NCBI GenBank assembly: GCA_965225945.1
Contig: CBDDBZ010000025.1
Coordinates: 1-64,000, forward strand
Length of the DNA: 64,000 nucleotides
Source of the DNA: Alphaproteobacteria bacterium
GTDB lineage: Bacteria > Pseudomonadota > Alphaproteobacteria > GCA-2731375
Direction of reading: 5' to 3'
Shown: piece by piece, positions 63,170 to 64,000 of the stretch
Layout of the letters: every line of letters begins with the position of its first letter
How positions within the stretch are numbered: position 1 is the stretch's first letter
Made by a program: the position numbers and the translations under genes
The notes under the pieces: generated by a model
What the model was told of the DNA's origin: nothing
Database searches by the model: none
What the model saw: the letters and a program-made list of their open reading frames with translations, nothing else

Positions 63170-63964
63170 TCAGCGTCCCTCGAGCGAGCCGAGAAACTCG
63201 CCGACCAGGCGGTTGACCGCGTCGGGATATTCCCAGGCAGGGAAGCCGCCCGCGCCGGGGATCACCGCGCGTCGCGCCGCCGGGAGCATGGTTTCCAGCG
63301 AAGCGGCGGCGGCGTGGAAGTCGGCGACATCGTGTTCGCCGTTATAGAACAGAATCGCCAAGTCCGCCTCGGCGAGCCGATCCTCGACCGGTGCCACGGG
63401 CCACGCCGGCCTTTCCTCGAGCCAGTTGGCGCCGGCGAAATCCTCGATCATGGCGCGGTGCGCCGCGGCCCGGCAGGCAAGTGGATCGGCGCGCATCACG
63501 GCGAACCATTCCGGCTCATCGAACCACGCCTTGCGGGCCGCCGCCATCCCGTCCCGCTTGGCGATCTCGCGCACCAGGGCCAGCTCCCCGTCGACGCTCG
63601 CCATCGCGCGGCCGGGTGGCACCGGGCCCTCCAGGATCAGCGAGCGGAAATGCTCCGGCGCGTTGGCCGCCAGCAGCATGGCTGGCGCGGTGCCGGTATG
63701 GGTCCCCCAATAGTGGCAGGGCACGGCGCCGGCCGCCGTGATCGCCGCGCCCACATGGCTTGCCATTTCCAGGCGACCGTACGGCCCGGCGATTTCGGCC
63801 GAGAGCCCGTGGCCCGGCAGGTCGATCAGCAGCAGACGGTAACGCGCGGCGAAGGCCGCCTCCTGGGCCGAGAAGTAGCGCTGGTCCTGCGACATGCCGT
63901 GGACCATGACGAGCCAGGGCGCCCCCGCCCCCGCCGCCTCGACGATGCGCGAGCCCGCGGTCAT
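63170..63964 (-). CDS. Alpha/beta fold hydrolase (atypical elbow)
   Basis: VHG, DLPGHGLS, GTHTG where GxSxG is expected. Confidence 0.8.
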   Translation of the reverse strand: MTAGSRIVEAAGAGAPWLVMVHGMSQDQRYFSAQEAAFAARYRLLLIDLPGHGLSAEIAGPYGRLEMASHVGAAITAAGAVPCHYWGTHTGTAPAMLLAANAPEHFRSLILEGPVPPGRAMASVDGELALVREIAKRDGMAAARKAWFDEPEWFAVMRADPLACRAAAHRAMIEDFAGANWLEERPAWPVAPVEDRLAEADLAILFYNGEHDVADFHAAAASLETMLPAARRAVIPGAGGFPAWEYPDAVNRLVGEFLGSLEGR

Positions 63965-64000
63965 GCCCGCCCGGCCCCCGAGCGGACCATCAGGCAGAGG

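Overview
A GC-rich window whose gene content (RpoD, Flp pilin, Dpp transporter, adenylate cyclase-TPR) looks alphaproteobacterial. No rRNA, tRNA or CRISPR array was seen. Positions 1-23.5 kb are an accessory, IS-dense region. It holds an extra RpoD-like sigma factor with a small unknown partner gene (a paralogue lies at 12.7-13.7 kb), a truncated ABC exporter pair, three 92-bp IS21-type MITEs, stacked IS1380 ends, an IS3, a RecD2 helicase, and a lower-GC glutamine synthetase III gene broken by two insertions. Positions 23.5-64 kb are mostly catabolic: amidohydrolases, a Rieske dioxygenase, a peptide-type ABC transporter, carbamoylase, acyl-CoA enzymes and a thiolase/OB-fold pair, with further IS1595 copies, a vapBC module and GGGGWCA palindromes. 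Two cargo-carrying insertion sequences stand out, both bounded by inverted repeats and target duplications readable in the sequence. (1) A 2431-bp IS66 element, in two near-identical copies, carries a compact Dam-like adenine methyltransferase translationally coupled to the transposase. (2) A 4133-bp IS21 element has a four-gene operon that adds a Zn-finger gene and a degenerate TOPRIM primase-like gene to istAB. All product calls come from motif recognition by eye; no database search was run, so novelty is unverified.
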